Assembly: GCA_030390025.1 (NCBI GenBank)
Contig: JASTWF010000363.1
Span: forward strand, 248,001-312,000
DNA: 64,000 nt
Direction of reading: 5' to 3'
DNA from: Squalus acanthias
Lineage: Eukaryota
Position 1 is the stretch's first letter, and the number at the start of each line of letters is the position of its first letter. Position numbers and translations under genes: made by a program. Under the pieces are notes generated by a model that saw only the letters and a program-made list of their open reading frames with translations, was not told the DNA's origin and did no database searches. This document shows positions 47,835-60,974 of this stretch, piece by piece.

Positions 47835-48280
47835 AGGTAAGCCTTGATCCAGACGTGGGTGCAAGAGCTGAATGCCAGAGGAGCGATGAGCATAGCTGCC
47901 CTCGACATCAAGACAGCATCCAACCAAGGAGCCTGCGCAAAACTGAGGTCAGTGGGGGCCAAAGGAAAAATCCTCCAGTGGCTAGAGCCATATCTGTCAG
48001 AAAGAAAGATGGTTATTGTTGTCTGAGGCCTAGGAGTTTCTTGGGGAAGTGTCCTTGGCCCATTCATTTTCAGCTGCTTCATCAATGACCTACCCTGTAT
48101 AAAGTTAGGAATGGGGTGCTTCATTAACGATTCCACATTGTTCAGTTCCATTCCCAAGTCCTCCAATAATGAAGCAGCCCATGCCATTCCCTACCTAACA
48201 TCAAGGAGAAACCCCACCACCTCAGGGGAAATAAAACATGGCAATAAATGCAGCCTTGCCAGTGTCGCCCACATCCTGAA
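47835..48280 (+). mobile_element. Degenerate Zenon-like LINE fragment
   Basis: IQTWVQELNARG..AALDIK, and a 3' end GCAATAAATGCAGCCTTGCCAG. Confidence 0.75.
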
Positions 48281-48281
48281 A

Positions 48282-49975
48282 ACAGCAACAACAGCTTGCA
48301 TTACCTTTTCAACACTGAAAAAAAATTATTGAGGCTTCACAGGCATAAGGAAAAAATCCATGCCAAGCCTAAGGAGGAGATTTTAGGATGGGTGACCAAA
48401 AGCTTTGTCAATTAGGTGGGTTTTATGGAGAGCCTTACAAGGGGAGGTGGAGAGGCAGAGGTGTTTAGGGAGGGAATTCCCGTAGGCTGCTGAAGGTACT
48501 GTCACCAATGCTGGGGTGAACGAGTGGGGGATGCACAAAAAAGAAGAGCCAGGAGCATTGTTTGATGGCCATAAAGGGATTTAAACACATGAGAATTTTT
48601 AACTCGAGGCGTGGAGGATGGGAAATTGGCCTGCATTGAAATAGTTGAATCTAGAGGTGACAAAGGTATGGATGAGTGTTTCAGCGGCAGATGGACTGGG
48701 GAGGGGAGGCTTGCAATGTTATGAAGGTGGAACTAGGTGGTCTTTCTGATGGAGAGAATTATGGGGTCCGAAAATCCGCTTGATCAAATAGGATGCCAAG
48801 GTTGCAAGCTGTCTGGTTCAGCGTGAGATATTAGCGGGGAGGGGATGGAATCGGTGAAACACTAGGGCATTTGCCTTCCCAATGTTCAGCTAGAGGAAAT
48901 TGCAGCTCAATCAAGACTGGATGTTGGACGAGCAGTCTGACAAGAGGCACTTGCTCAATTTTAGAAATGATAATTCTAGCGAGGTAGTGGCGAAGTAGAG
49001 GTGGGTGTCATCATCGTACATGTGGAAACTGACCCCATGTCTGTGGGTGATGTTGTCAAAATGCAGCATAAGAGGATGCCAAGGATCGATCCTTGCAAAA
49101 GTCCAGAGGTTACAGTGTGGAGTGGGAGAGAAGCCATTGATTGAGATGCTTTGGCTATGCGGAGATGGGTAAGAGTGGAGCCAAACAAGGACATTCTCGC
49201 TGAGCTGGACGACGGAGGAGAGGCTTTGGAGGTGAATGGTGTGGTCAACCATCCCAGAAGCTGTAGAGAGATTGAAGCGGTCAAGGAGGGATAATATGTC
49301 AGTCACAGGCAATGTCATTTGTGATTTGGGTTAGGGCCATTTCCGTGGCAGGGGCGGAAACCTAATTGGAGAGATTAAAATATGGAGTTGCAGGAAAGAT
49401 AGGTACAGATTTAGGAGGCAACAACATATTTAAGGACTTTGGAAAGAATAGGAAGGTTGGAGATGGGGCGGTTCTTTGCAAGGATAGCGGGTTCAAGCTA
49501 GGTTTTTGAGGAGGGAGTGAGGACAGCAGTTTTGGAAGGGTGGGGGAGCAGTACTCGAAGGGTAGGAGTATAGGAAGGCAATAAATTCAGAGAGAGGGCA
49601 AAGGGAGCGGAAATGGAAATTGAAATCACTGAGGATGAGTCGTGACTCAGTGCAGAGGCTGAGGGAGAAACTCTGGATGGGATTTGGTGCTGGTAGACAG
49701 TGAGAATTTTAAAGGTGAGGTGAGGTGAGATGGGGTGGAATAAGGTAAGGAGCTTAAAGCTAGGAGAAGATGCCATAAGAGACCAATGTGTGACCTGCTG
49801 ATAAGTTCCACATCACCACTGTGGTGGTTTGGGCTGGACAGATGGTGGAAAGTATAGCCAGGCAAGGAGGCTTTGGTAAGAGCAAGTTGGCGCCACGCTT
49901 CACCCACAGTTCTGTGCAAGCGCAGGTTCCCCGCCACAGTATCATCAGATCAAAGGGCCCTTGCTAAACCTCAGA
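48282..49975 (-). mobile_element. Degenerate L2 LINE with internal deletions
   Basis: GVSFHMYDDDTHLY and ASLPGYTFHHL match the L2 at 15145-21350. Confidence 0.8.
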
Positions 49976-50179
49976 ACTCCCAATTAAGTACTGAAGAACC
50001 ACCAGCTAAGTTCTGCAAAACCCAGGATTATTTCTAGGATATGAATAGAATCATCCCCAGTAAGGTTACGGATGGCAAAGGATATTGTTCACAAATGAAC
50101 AGACAGTTAAATTCTGCTGCTTTAGAGATTGAATTTCACATCTCTGTCCATTGTGAAAACTATAAATGATTTACTTTTT

Positions 50180-51355
50180 GATTTTTTAAAATTCGCTTAT
50201 GGGATCTGGGCGTCGTTGGCCATGCCAGCATTTATTGCCCATCCCTAATTGCCCTCGATAAGGTGGTGGTGAGCTGCCTTCTTGAACCGCTGCAGTTCGT
50301 GTGGTGAAGGTACTCCCACAGTGCTGTTAGGTAGGGAGTTCCAGGATTTTGACCCAGCGACGATGAAGGAACGGCGATATACTTCTAAGTCAGGATGGTG
50401 TGGAACTTGGAGGTGGTGGTGTTCCCATGCGCCTGCTGCCCTTGTCCTTCTAGGTGGCAGAGGTCGCGGGTTTGGGAGGTGCTGCCGAAGAAGCCTTGGT
50501 GAGTTGCTGCAGTGCATCTTGTAGATGGTACACACTGCAGCCACGGTACGCCGGTGGTGGATGGGGTGCCAATCAAACCGGCTGCTTTGTCCTGGATGGT
50601 GTCGAGCTTCTTGTGTTGTTGGAGCTGCACTCCTCTAAGCAAGTGGAGAGTATTCCATCACACTCCTTACTTGTGCCTTGTAGATGGTGGAAAGGCTTTG
50701 GCGAGTCAGGAGGTGAGACACTCGCCGCAGAATACCTAGCCTCTGACCTGCTCTTGTTGCCACAGTATTTATGTAACTGGTCCAGTTAAGTTTCTGGTCA
50801 ATGGTGACCCCCAGGATGTTGATGGTGGGGGATTCGGCAATGGTAATGCCATTGAATGTCAAGGGGAGGTGGTTAAGCTCTTGCTTGTTCGAGAAAGTCA
50901 TTGCCTGGCACTTCTCTGGCACGAATGTTACCTTCCACTTATCAGCCCAAGCCTGAACGTCGTCCAGGTCTTGTTGCATGCGGGTATGGACTGCTTCATT
51001 ATCTGAGGAGTTGTGAATGGCGCTGAACACTGCAGTCATCAGCGAACATCCCCATTTCTGACCTTATGTTGGAGGGAAGGTCATTGATGAAGCAGCTGAA
51101 GATGGTTGGGCCTAGGGCACTACCCTGAAGAACTCCTGCAGCGATGTCCTGGGGCTGTGATAATTGACCTTCAATCACCACAACCATCCTTTGTGCTAGG
51201 TATGATTCCAGCCAGTGGAGCGTTTTCCCCCTGATTCCCATTGACTTCAGTTTTACTAGGGCTCCTTGATGCCACACACGGTCAAATGCTGCCTTGATGT
51301 CAAGGGCAGTCACTCTCACCTCACCTCTGGAATTCAGTTCCTTTGTCCATGTTTG
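50180..51355 (-). mobile_element. Zenon-like LINE 3' part
   Basis: TALDIKAAFDRVWHQG, MFADD, IYKAQVRSVMEY. Confidence 0.88.
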
Positions 51356-52203
51356 GATTATGGTTTTGAATTTAATTTTTATCTCTTGCTGTCCTCAAAG
51401 TTGAGAACACACAATATTGTATCTAAGATGCACTCGTTGGAGATAGATATCTGGTGTTTCGCAATACTGGGGTGGAGAAGTGGGGTCTAGTTGCACTTGA
51501 GGGAAGTCTTGGGCTTTGGTGACACTGGGATGTCCTGCATATGTCACAAGTCACTTCAGTACAGCTTTTGTCTTTCTGCCCTTGTCCCATTTGAGATCAG
51601 GAACATGAGATGAGAGTGAAACCCATTTTTTACTCATACCAATTTTTATTTTCTGTTACTAAAATGATTGACCAGCGGAATCCTACCCCTATGTGAGTTA
51701 ATGAGCTTATGTCCCATTTTGTGGTGCTGTAAAACCTCCTTTTGTAAATTGACTTTTCATTATCCAGCATACTGCTCTAGTTTGCAAGAAAAGTTGAGAA
51801 CTATCACATTTGAAGCCTTGCCTGCTGTTTTAGATGTTATTCAGAATCATAAAGGATGCATTTTAGCTTCTATTGTACTGGCAAGGAACAAAGGTTCAGC
51901 TGCATTTTTGGTAGATTGTCATGTTTCAGGATTTCTGATTATGCTACTGTGGGAGGATCTTGATGTAATTCTGGTTAAAAATGCTACTGTTAAATGTAGA
52001 TCTCAGTGGGCTAAATTCACTGAACAGCAGAGCTGGGAAATGTAGTTTATGACATAGATGAGGTCTCTGAAGTGATGCTTTAGAGATGTTAGTTGTATTG
52101 ATTGACTGGACTATTGGTGCATCCCTGAACGTGTAAGGCGTCAAAGGCCCTGCCCTTCCATTTCCTGTGAATATGCAGAGAATATAGGAGGTAAAGAGAC
52201 ATT

Positions 52204-53361
52204 GGCACCTAATTTGCGGTCAGCGGCGAAGCAAAGGCGCTCACCACTGGCCCCGAAGAAAGCTGCCCATAGAGATCTTGTGATCTCTATGGCGAGAAGT
52301 TTGCATTTTTCGACGTGTAATTGATTGCAGAGCTCTGTAATCGGGATTCCCAGCGAACAGCTGCAGTGACGTCAACAAGCTGTCTAAGCAGCCAATCACA
52401 TTGAAGAATTCTCAGACAGCAATCCACGGAAGCTCAGCGTAAGCTCGAGGAACAGCACCTCCTCTTTCGATTAGGCACTCTGCAGCCCTCTGGACTCAAC
52501 ATAGAGATCAACAATTTCAGATTGTAACACCTTTTTTTCTTCCCTCCCACATGGCAGCTGTCTTTCATTCTGCCAGCGCAATTCACACTTCATCTGAGCC
52601 ATCCTTTGTTCCTCAACCTGTCCCATTTCCACCTCCTCTTGTCTTGAATATCTCTTAATGTCTCTTAATCTCTCCTGCTTTCTATCCTATCACTGACCTT
52701 CCCTTTTGTTCTTTCAACCCCTCCCCCTTTTCCCAGCCCTAAACTTGCTTTAAAATCTATTTCATTTCCTGCTTTTTTTCCCAGTTCTGACGAAAGGTCT
52801 TCGACCTGAAACGCTAACTCTGTTTCTCTCTCCACGGATGCTGCCTGGCCTGCTGAGTTTTTCCAGCGTTTTCTGTTGTTATGCAGGAAATGAAAAGCAG
52901 CTTTTATCCGCACTTTTTAAAAATGTCACAGAGAGCGAAATAAAGATTGGGACTTTCACATGGGGATAAGGTAGAAGCTGCAATATCATGAACAAACTTT
53001 TATTATAATGAAGAAATTTGACACTCCACAAATACAAAAATTAGTTTTTCAGGGCCAGAATGTTTGTTTAGCAGTCAATACACTGTTAAAACCTCAGTTA
53101 TACCTATTCCAACAAGGCTTGACATTTAATTAACTATTTAACAGCGATATTAGCGTGGAAATGCCCAAGTTTTCTTCAGTTTCACTGATTGGCGGCTATA
53201 GGATTGGGGGGTGGGGTCCACAGCGAAGCCTGTGTCGGAGCAGTGAATGACTAGTCGCAACTTCAGGATTTTCGCATTTAGATGCACATGTGCTAAATCC
53301 TGAAGTTACGGTCAGTTTCCGAGTGGTAATGACAGCGAACGCTGATAGCAAATTCCGGGTC
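52204..53361. mobile_element. Harbinger-like MITE containing a Penelope 3' fragment (~52430-52880, +)
   Basis: Imperfect GC-rich TIRs; inner piece encodes LEEQHLLFRLGTLQPSGLNIE and the Penelope terminal repeat with a mutated hammerhead at 52783-52819. Confidence 0.7.
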
Positions 53362-54422
53362 ATAGTGTAGTCGGCCAACAGGCTGGGTCTGGGGAAGAAG
53401 CCTGGTCTATTGAGGCGAACCCACTCGTCTCAAGCCCAGACTCAGAAACCGGACTCTGAAAACTTAAGCCAGCCCACTAATGGGGTTTATTATTATTTTT
53501 CTTCTCAAGGAGGGTTCTATGGTTAGTTAATTTTTTTAAGTCTCTTACTTTGTGCATTTACTTGCTGTCTAAAATGAAACAGCTCAACAATTCTCTCTCA
53601 ATCTCACTGAAGTGTTTCTGTTTGCCTTCGGAAAGGTTGTAGAAGTGCACTTGAGGCCATGCCGATCAGGTTCAGATCACATGGGCGTTGTATTGTTACA
53701 CCCTTGGTTATGCTATCATGTAATTAAATATGGGGCAGTTGGGCATACATTTGAATCTAAGAGGCTTGGACAGCCTACTGGAGTGATTAGCACTGCTGTA
53801 TCACAGGCGTAAAGCAGACCCAAAACCTGTAACAACTGTGACCAGTTCACTTTTCTACTGCACTGTTGAAAGGAGATGAATGTAGACACATCCTGTGACT
53901 AGTTCACTCTTGGATTTTCTAGTTCAATCTTGGATTTTTTAATTCTCACTTGATGATGGGTTGGTGCCTTTGTCTCCAGACCGGTTGGATAGTTGCAGAA
54001 ATATTTGGAGTAGATTAATTTTGCTTCAAGGCAAAGCAACAGTGGCACTCCCTCTAATGCTATGTACTATTGTGGTGTACTGCATACAGCACACATATAA
54101 ACATTATAGGTTTATATGTTATTGTAAAGTATTCTTGACTGCAGTTAACTTGTTTGTCATTTGCATATTATTCCATGAGTGCTACTTTTCTATTCCTGTA
54201 TTGCACCATTTGACTTTTGTTGTATAGTACTCTAAAATCTTCTATAGTGAGAAAATTATTGGAGAATAAAAATGTTAAATATTAGAGAACAAACAGCTGA
54301 CTGTTCATTATGCTTTTGAAGGCTTGGTGGCAGGGACAATATTTGTGAGGTTCAGTGTTTATTGGCTGCAACATTGTTGCATGGTCAGCTCAGTAGTACC
54401 AAACTTTGCTGATATAATCATA

Positions 54423-54657
54423 AATGAGAAGTCGCACAACACCAGGTTATAGTCCAACAGATTTATTTAATTTTACAAGCTTTCGGAGCTGTTCGCTCCT
54501 TCCTCAGGTAAGTTAGCAGCTAACCACTGCTACCTTACCTGAGGAAGGAGCGAACAGCTCCGAAAGCTTGTAAAATTAAATAAATCTGTTGGACTATAAC
54601 CTGGTGTTGTGCGACTTCTCATTTTTGTCCACCCCAGTCCAACGCCGGCATCTCCAC
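54423..54657. mobile_element. 235-bp palindromic hammerhead-bearing element (probable Penelope-type terminal repeat)
   Basis: 12-bp TSD GATATAATCATA at 54411-54422 and 54658-54669; 91-bp perfect arms at 54422-54512 and 54534-54624. Confidence 0.85.
54535..54573 (+). ncRNA. Minimal hammerhead ribozyme motif, family 2 (mirror copy on the - strand at 54473-54511)
   Basis: UUAC-CUGAGGA-A-GGAGC-GAACA-GCUCC-GAAA-GC-UU-GUAA: core intact, stem I UUAC/GUAA, stem II GGAGC/GCUCC, palindromic AAGCUU stem III. Confidence 0.8.
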
Positions 54658-54744
54658 GATATAATCATAGTTAGGACTTCTTGGAAGAATCCTCTTGCAG
54701 AGTCTGGATGGCTACCTGAGACCAAGGAGGTTAGCTGCAAGGAA

Positions 54745-55050
54745 TAACAACAGAAAACGCTGGAAAAACTCAGCAGGCCAGGCAGTATCCGTGGAGAGAG
54801 AAAGAGAGTTAACGTTTCAGGTCGATGACCTTTCGTCAGAACTGGGAAGAGCCGGAAATCAAATAGATTTAAGGCCAGGGTAAAGCTGGGAAAAGGGGGA
54901 GGGGATAAAAGAACAAGGTTGAAGAGCCAAACGGAAATCCCGTCGAAGAGAAGAGCAGAACTTCTTCAAGGTAGGCATTCCTAGAAGAGAGGTGACAGTG
55001 AACCAAACACTAATACGATAGCAAAATACTGCGGATGCTGGAAATCTGAA
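54745..55050 (-). mobile_element. Penelope terminal-repeat fragments with a hammerhead at 54807-54843
   Basis: Matches 9542-9720; minus strand AGUU-CUGACGA-A-AGGUC-AUC-GACCU-GAAA-CG-UU-AACU. Confidence 0.8.
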
Positions 55051-55944
55051 AGGGACTGACTGCTGTGATAGACTAATTTGGGCTGTAGAAAGAACTGAGG
55101 TTGTAAAGAAAAGTGGGACCAGTGATAAATGCAGAGTGTTTTACCTGAAGGAAGGTGGTTTTATATGTATTGGCCTTTTCTGAACAATTTTTGATACCTT
55201 TTTAGTTTAACAATACTTATTGGAGTGAGGAAGAGTAGCCTGTCATGAAAAACCTAAATTTGTACACGGGGATAAGAGTACAAGGGCATGGTAAATTTCA
55301 CTTGCCAACTAGTCAAAGGTAAGACTTTCCAGCTTTGGTGAACTGAAGAAGGTAACTTGCTAAGTTACGCATAGGGGCTTCTGTAGCTTTTGTCCTTGTT
55401 ATTTCTTTTATTTGTATCTCATTCTTTGTGGTCCATTACAGCATTTTCTACTCACAGTTTAGCTTTTTTGTTTCTGTGTTTGGTTTCTTCTTAAGATTCG
55501 TTTACAGATTGATGTAATCATTTGCATTGTGCAGAATTTTAATTTAGACTTGTGTTTTTTTTTTAAGGACTTAAAAAAAAAAAAAATCCCTTTAAAGACT
55601 GATTTCTGGGGATTGGTACCGCACAGGATTGGTTAGGGAACATTGCTGGCATTGGAGGATCAGTTACTGGTGAATGTAGGAGAACATGGAATGAGAAAAG
55701 CAATCACATCACTTTTAAGCTAAGATAGTCTTGAGACAATCTGTTTAATCTACTGAGGCAGAGTTCTGCATATGTATCCCCTGATTCTCCCAATGGAAAT
55801 ACAAAAAAAAATTCCAGACCTCATCAATATACAATCCTGGTAGTCCTCCAGTGAATGGGCTTAGAGCCAACTGGAGTTATGTGATTTTGGTTTCCCAGCT
55901 TTGGGTGCTTCCAGGTCAACATCGTCCACTGTGAAGATGTAGTT

Positions 55945-56374
55945 CAAAACAGAAAATGCTGGAAATACTCAGCAGGTCAAGCAGCATCTGTGGAGAGAGA
56001 AACAGAGTTAACGTTTCAGGTCGATGACCCTTCGTCAGAACTGGAAAAAGCTGGAGATGGAACAGGCCATCTTTTGTTTCTTAACTTGTCCCATTACCAT
56101 CTCCTTTTGCCTTGTACCATCATCCCTTTTGTCTCTAAATCTCTCCTGCCTTCCATCCTGTCACAGACCTTCCCTTTTGTTCTTTCCTCCCCTCCCCCCT
56201 TTCCCTGCCCCTACACTTGCTTAAAAACCTGTTCCATCTCCAGTTCTGACTAAGGGTCATCGACCTGAACCGTTAACTCTGTTTCTCTCTCCACAGATGC
56301 TGCCTGACCTGCTGAGTATTACCAGCATTTTCTGTTTTTATTTCAGATTTCCAGCATCTGCAGTATTTTGCTTT
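55945..56374. mobile_element. Short Penelope-derived element with inverted terminal-repeat arms and two hammerhead motifs
   Basis: 15-bp TSD TGTGAAGAT(G/T)TAGTT at 55930-55944 and 56375-56389; ~100-bp inverted arms; hammerheads at 56006-56042 (-, intact) and 56242-56278 (+, mutated). Confidence 0.85.
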
Positions 56375-56444
56375 TGTGAAGATTTAGTTGTTGTTTCCAG
56401 TAAAGCAGTTCTGAAACAGATGCGGTATATTTCCCATTGAGTAA

Positions 56445-57945
56445 CATAGAAACATAGAAACCTAGCAGATAGGAGCAGGAGTAGGCCATTCGGCCCCTTG
56501 AGCCTGCTCCGCCATTCGATGAGATCTTGGCTGATCATCCAAACTCAGTATGGGCAACACGGTGGCATAGTGGTTAGCACTGGTGTCTCACAGCGCCAGA
56601 GACCCGGGTTCGAATCTGACCTCGGGTGACTGTCTGTGTGGAGTTTGCACATTCTCCCCGTGTCTGCGTGGGTTTCCTCCGGGTGCTCCGGTTTCCTCCC
56701 ACAGTCCAAAAATGTGTGGGTTAGGTTGATTTGGCTATGATAAATTGACCCTTAGTGTTAGGGGGGATTAAATATGTGGGGTTATGGGGATAGGATGGGA
56801 TATGTTAGGGGGAATTAAATACGTGGGGTTACGGGGGTAGGGTGGGATATGTGTACTGTGGGGATTAAAGCAGGGACAGGGTACTGGATTTGGATGATCA
56901 GCCATGATCGTATTGAATGGCGGAGCAGGCTCGACGGGCCGAATGGCCTACTCCTGCTCCTAGATTCTATGTTTCTATGTTTCTAGTACCCTGTACCTGC
57001 CTTCTCCCTATATCCCTTGATACCTTTATCTTTAAGAAATATATCTAGCTTATTCTTGAATATATTTAATGACTTGGCCTCAACTACCTTCTGTGGTAGA
57101 GAATTCCACAGGTTCACCACTCTCTGGGTGAAGAAATTCTTCCTCATTTCTGTCCTAAATGGCTTACCCCTTATCCTTAGATTATGACCCCTGGTTCTGG
57201 ACTCTCCGACCATCGGGAACATTCTTCCTGCATCTAGTTTGTCCAGACCTGTCAGAATTTTATATGTTTCGATGAGATCCCCTCTCATTCTTCTATACTC
57301 CAGCGAGTATAAGCCCAATCGACCCAATCTCTCCTCATATGTCATTCCTGCCATCCCAGGTATCAGCCTTGTGAATCTTCGCTGAACTCCTTCCATGGCA
57401 AGAACATCCTTCCTCAGATAAGGCGACCAAAACTGCACACAGTACTCAAGGTGTGGTCTCACCAAGGCCCTGTACAACTGCAGCAGGACATCCCTGTTCC
57501 TATACTCAAACCCTTTCGCTATGAAGGCCAACATACCATTTGCCGCCTTCACCGCCTGCTGCACCTGCATGCTTACCTTCAGCGACTGGGGCACAAGGAC
57601 ACCCAGGTCTCGTTGCACTTCCCCTTCTCCCAATCTATTGCCATTCAGATAATAGTCTGCCTTTCTGTTTTTGACACCAAAGTGGATAACCTCGCATTTA
57701 TCCACGTTATATTGCATCTGCCACACTTCTGCCCACTCACCCAACCTGTCCAAATCATCCTAGAGTTTCTCGGTATCCTCCTCGCAGCACACACGCCCAC
57801 CCAGCTTTGTGTCATCTGCAAACTTGGAGATATTACATTTAGTTCCCTTGTCTAGATCATTAATGTATATTGTGAATAGCTGGGGTCCAAGGACCGATCC
57901 CTGCGGTACCCCACTAGTCACTGCCTGTCACTTGGAAAAAGACCC
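56445..57945 (-). mobile_element. CR1 3' part with an HE1-like SINE (+, ~56552-56983) inserted in its 3' UTR
   Basis: ORF 56983-57753 is very similar to the C-terminus of the intact ORF2; the SINE has a tRNA head, V-domain and CR1 tail. Confidence 0.9.
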
Positions 57946-59764
57946 AGCAGGAGTAGCCTAGCAGGAAGAGAGAACTGACCAATCTGGTCTCCCTGCAGCT
58001 CAGAAAATTGATGTGTTTTTGTTCATGAAATGCCATAATGTCCAACAAGAGTTTTGTCACTGATATTTTGCAGTATAAAATAGAAATTTACTTTGAATAA
58101 AAACAGCTTCATCTGGACTTCCTGCCTTCAGTCCAGTTGCTTTAATGTTTTCCAGTGTGTTTGTAAGATATTCTTTATTCATCACCTGAAGTTTCTCCTG
58201 CCGCAACCACCATTGACAGACCTACAATTACTAATACTTAACCCTACTGTTATACCTCTTAAAATAGAACTCATGTTTGGAAAGACAGTCTGTAATTGGG
58301 TGTTTTCAATGTTCAAGTGGGATCATTTGAAAATGTTATACCTCCCATTGTGTATGTCTGAAATCTGCCCTTTTCCTCTGCCTCAAAATATTTTCCCATT
58401 GAAACCAAGTTTAGCTCTGAGTCTGTTCTCAGAGCTTAGCTATAATTCCTGGAACCATCCTTGTTGCTGTTCTCTGAATCTTTTGCAATGCATCAATGTC
58501 CTTGTTAGAATTTGGGTTTCTCCAGATGCTATTTCTAGTGCCCAACATAAGAGTCAGCTCCCAAAGACGAGCCTGCGAGACCTCTGCTCCAAATAATCTG
58601 TGATGGCTTGCTCAGTCAGGGCTAACAATAGACCTGGTTATTATCTCTGGATTACACAAGATTTTCACTATGCACCCATGTCATTGAGGGCAATTTAATA
58701 TCCGTGACGATAGACATTTTTGTAATAGACTAAAGGATCATAACCACAGAAATGAGCAGTAGCAGTCTGTTTGTATGATACAGCACTTTTGAACCAGTTC
58801 ATGAAATGGTTAAACATACAAACCAGTTCCCTTTGAAGGTCTTCCTTTGAAGAACCTACAAGCAATAGATAAAACACTTCTCCAAAGGGACAAGTTGCCG
58901 ATCCCTACTGGCTACAATTTTTCTTGGAACTACCCGCAGAGCTGCGTTTTGCCTTTGCACCTATTGTGATTAGATTAAAACTAGTACTGATGTATACCAA
59001 TTGTGTCCAATCCTTACACTGTAAAACCCTTTTGAAATCAGTCTCTCCTTTTTGAGAAATCTGTCTGAGACTGGTGCACACTACTTTAGTAATGAGCAGC
59101 CATTTCCATAGCACATACACAAAGGCATATCGATGACCAACTGGGCTGTCCAACAAATGCTGTAGCTATGCTAATCATACTAGCTGGGTGATGCACTTTA
59201 ATTATTTGATTGTCTTTCTAGACATTTAGTTTGTTAGTTATTAACAGTATTGTTTTGGCTCGCTTTTTTCTGATAGGCTTGAAGCACCACTGAAAGAATA
59301 GGTAATTTCTCAGCATGCAGTTGCAGAAGCCATTTTGAGGGCTGTATCTTTCCTAATAGCATTTGTCTTTTTTAAGAAAAGTAATGTAATACGGAGGACT
59401 CATTAACTAAAGATAAACTACATAGGTAAAAATACTCAGGTTTTTGTCAGTCCGTTTGAAGATAATATCTCCAGAACTGCACACAATCTGAATATATCCC
59501 AACCAGTGATGTCTGCAAGGTTAAAGTAACATGATTTGACTGTCCAATGCATCAGTATTTGGTGGCTCGTGGATCTTGACAATAGATGTTGCTGAGAATT
59601 ACAGAACCTGATCAGGGAGGATTGGAGCTGAAATATGGAAGACATTTTTTTTCCAGAGATGAACCATAGTTTTCTATTCGTGTCTATTATTTTGTATGCA
59701 TGTTCTGTTTTTGTGCCTATTTATTATATTGTGTACATGCTCTAACTATTTAATGCTGAAATAT

Positions 59765-60480
59765 TGTAGAATCATAAGAATTACAACACAGAATGTTGCA
59801 TTTTTGCCCATCAGGCCTGTTCAGGATTAGCTCTAATCCTATTTCCCAGCTCCTTCCCTGAATCCTTTTTTTTTTTTACATCCTTTTTCAAATACTTACC
59901 AAATCCCTTTTTAAATTATGCTGTTTTTGCTTTAATAGCCACTTGTTTTAAAACATTTCATGTTTTAATAACCTTCTGTATGAAAAGAAATTCTTCTAAC
60001 TTCCTTTGTTTTTCCAGTGCCAATCATTCGTTTGTGCACCTTGTTAATGATTCACTAATTAGTGAAAATAATCTTTCACTATTTGCCCTCTTGAAACCAT
60101 CATATTTTTAAAAATCTCTGCCACTTAACCACCTCTATTTCAGTGGTAAAAGCCCCACTTCTTTGAGCCTTTCTTCAGAATTATAATGCTGCTTTCATAG
60201 TGTAATTCTAGTGAACCTTATCCATTCCATGACTCTGATATCCTTCTTATAATGGAGTGCCTCGAACTGGAAACAATTCTACAATTGTGGCATAACCAAT
60301 GTATTGTATAAATTCAGCATTACTCGTCTGCTTTTATATTGAATACCCCGTGTATAAAACCCCGAATTGCATTTGCCTTTTTAGCTTCCTTTTCTATCTG
60401 TATCCCCACCTTTAAAGACCTGTGTATTTGCAATTCTAGATCTTATTTTTCCTCCACTCAATTAAGAATCTTCCTTTCAC
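59765..60480 (-). mobile_element. Old degenerate CR1 3' part
   Basis: Decayed similarity to the other minus-strand CR1 3' ends. Confidence 0.6.
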
Positions 60481-60974
60481 TACTCTGATTTATTTTTGGA
60501 ATGTAAGAAAGCCTTGGTAATTCAGCATCACTTGTTTAAGGAGAGGTTCAATGTTTACAAAGTTTAAAGTTAGAAGCATTCATAAAATTTACATTTTAGC
60601 TTAAACCATTAAAAAGTAATAGTTTTTTCAGGCTTCTTAAAGTATCGTGACATTTTGTACTTTACATGGAGATCGTTTAACTTTGAAGGCTTGCCATAGA
60701 ATGTAAGAGGACTCCATACTGTCAAATATTTATGATAGAGCCACTTTGATATTTATTTGTATCATTACATTATATATCGAAAACTGAAGAATACTTCTTT
60801 TCCACTTTCAACGGTACCATTGTAACAAACGATAACCAGTGGGGAGACACAAATTTACAGGGAGATAAGAAAATACAAAGTTTAATTCACTGAAGTAAAT
60901 GAGAATTTTTAATATTGTATTGCAGATATCAAGGGATGAATAGGCTAATACCAACTGTAAAACTCTACTTGTAG

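Noticed and set aside
58695..59156. Two same-frame minus ORFs separated by one TAG (~150 codons in total)
   Set aside because: No recognisable domain or splice signals; cannot be supported as a pseudogene or readthrough.
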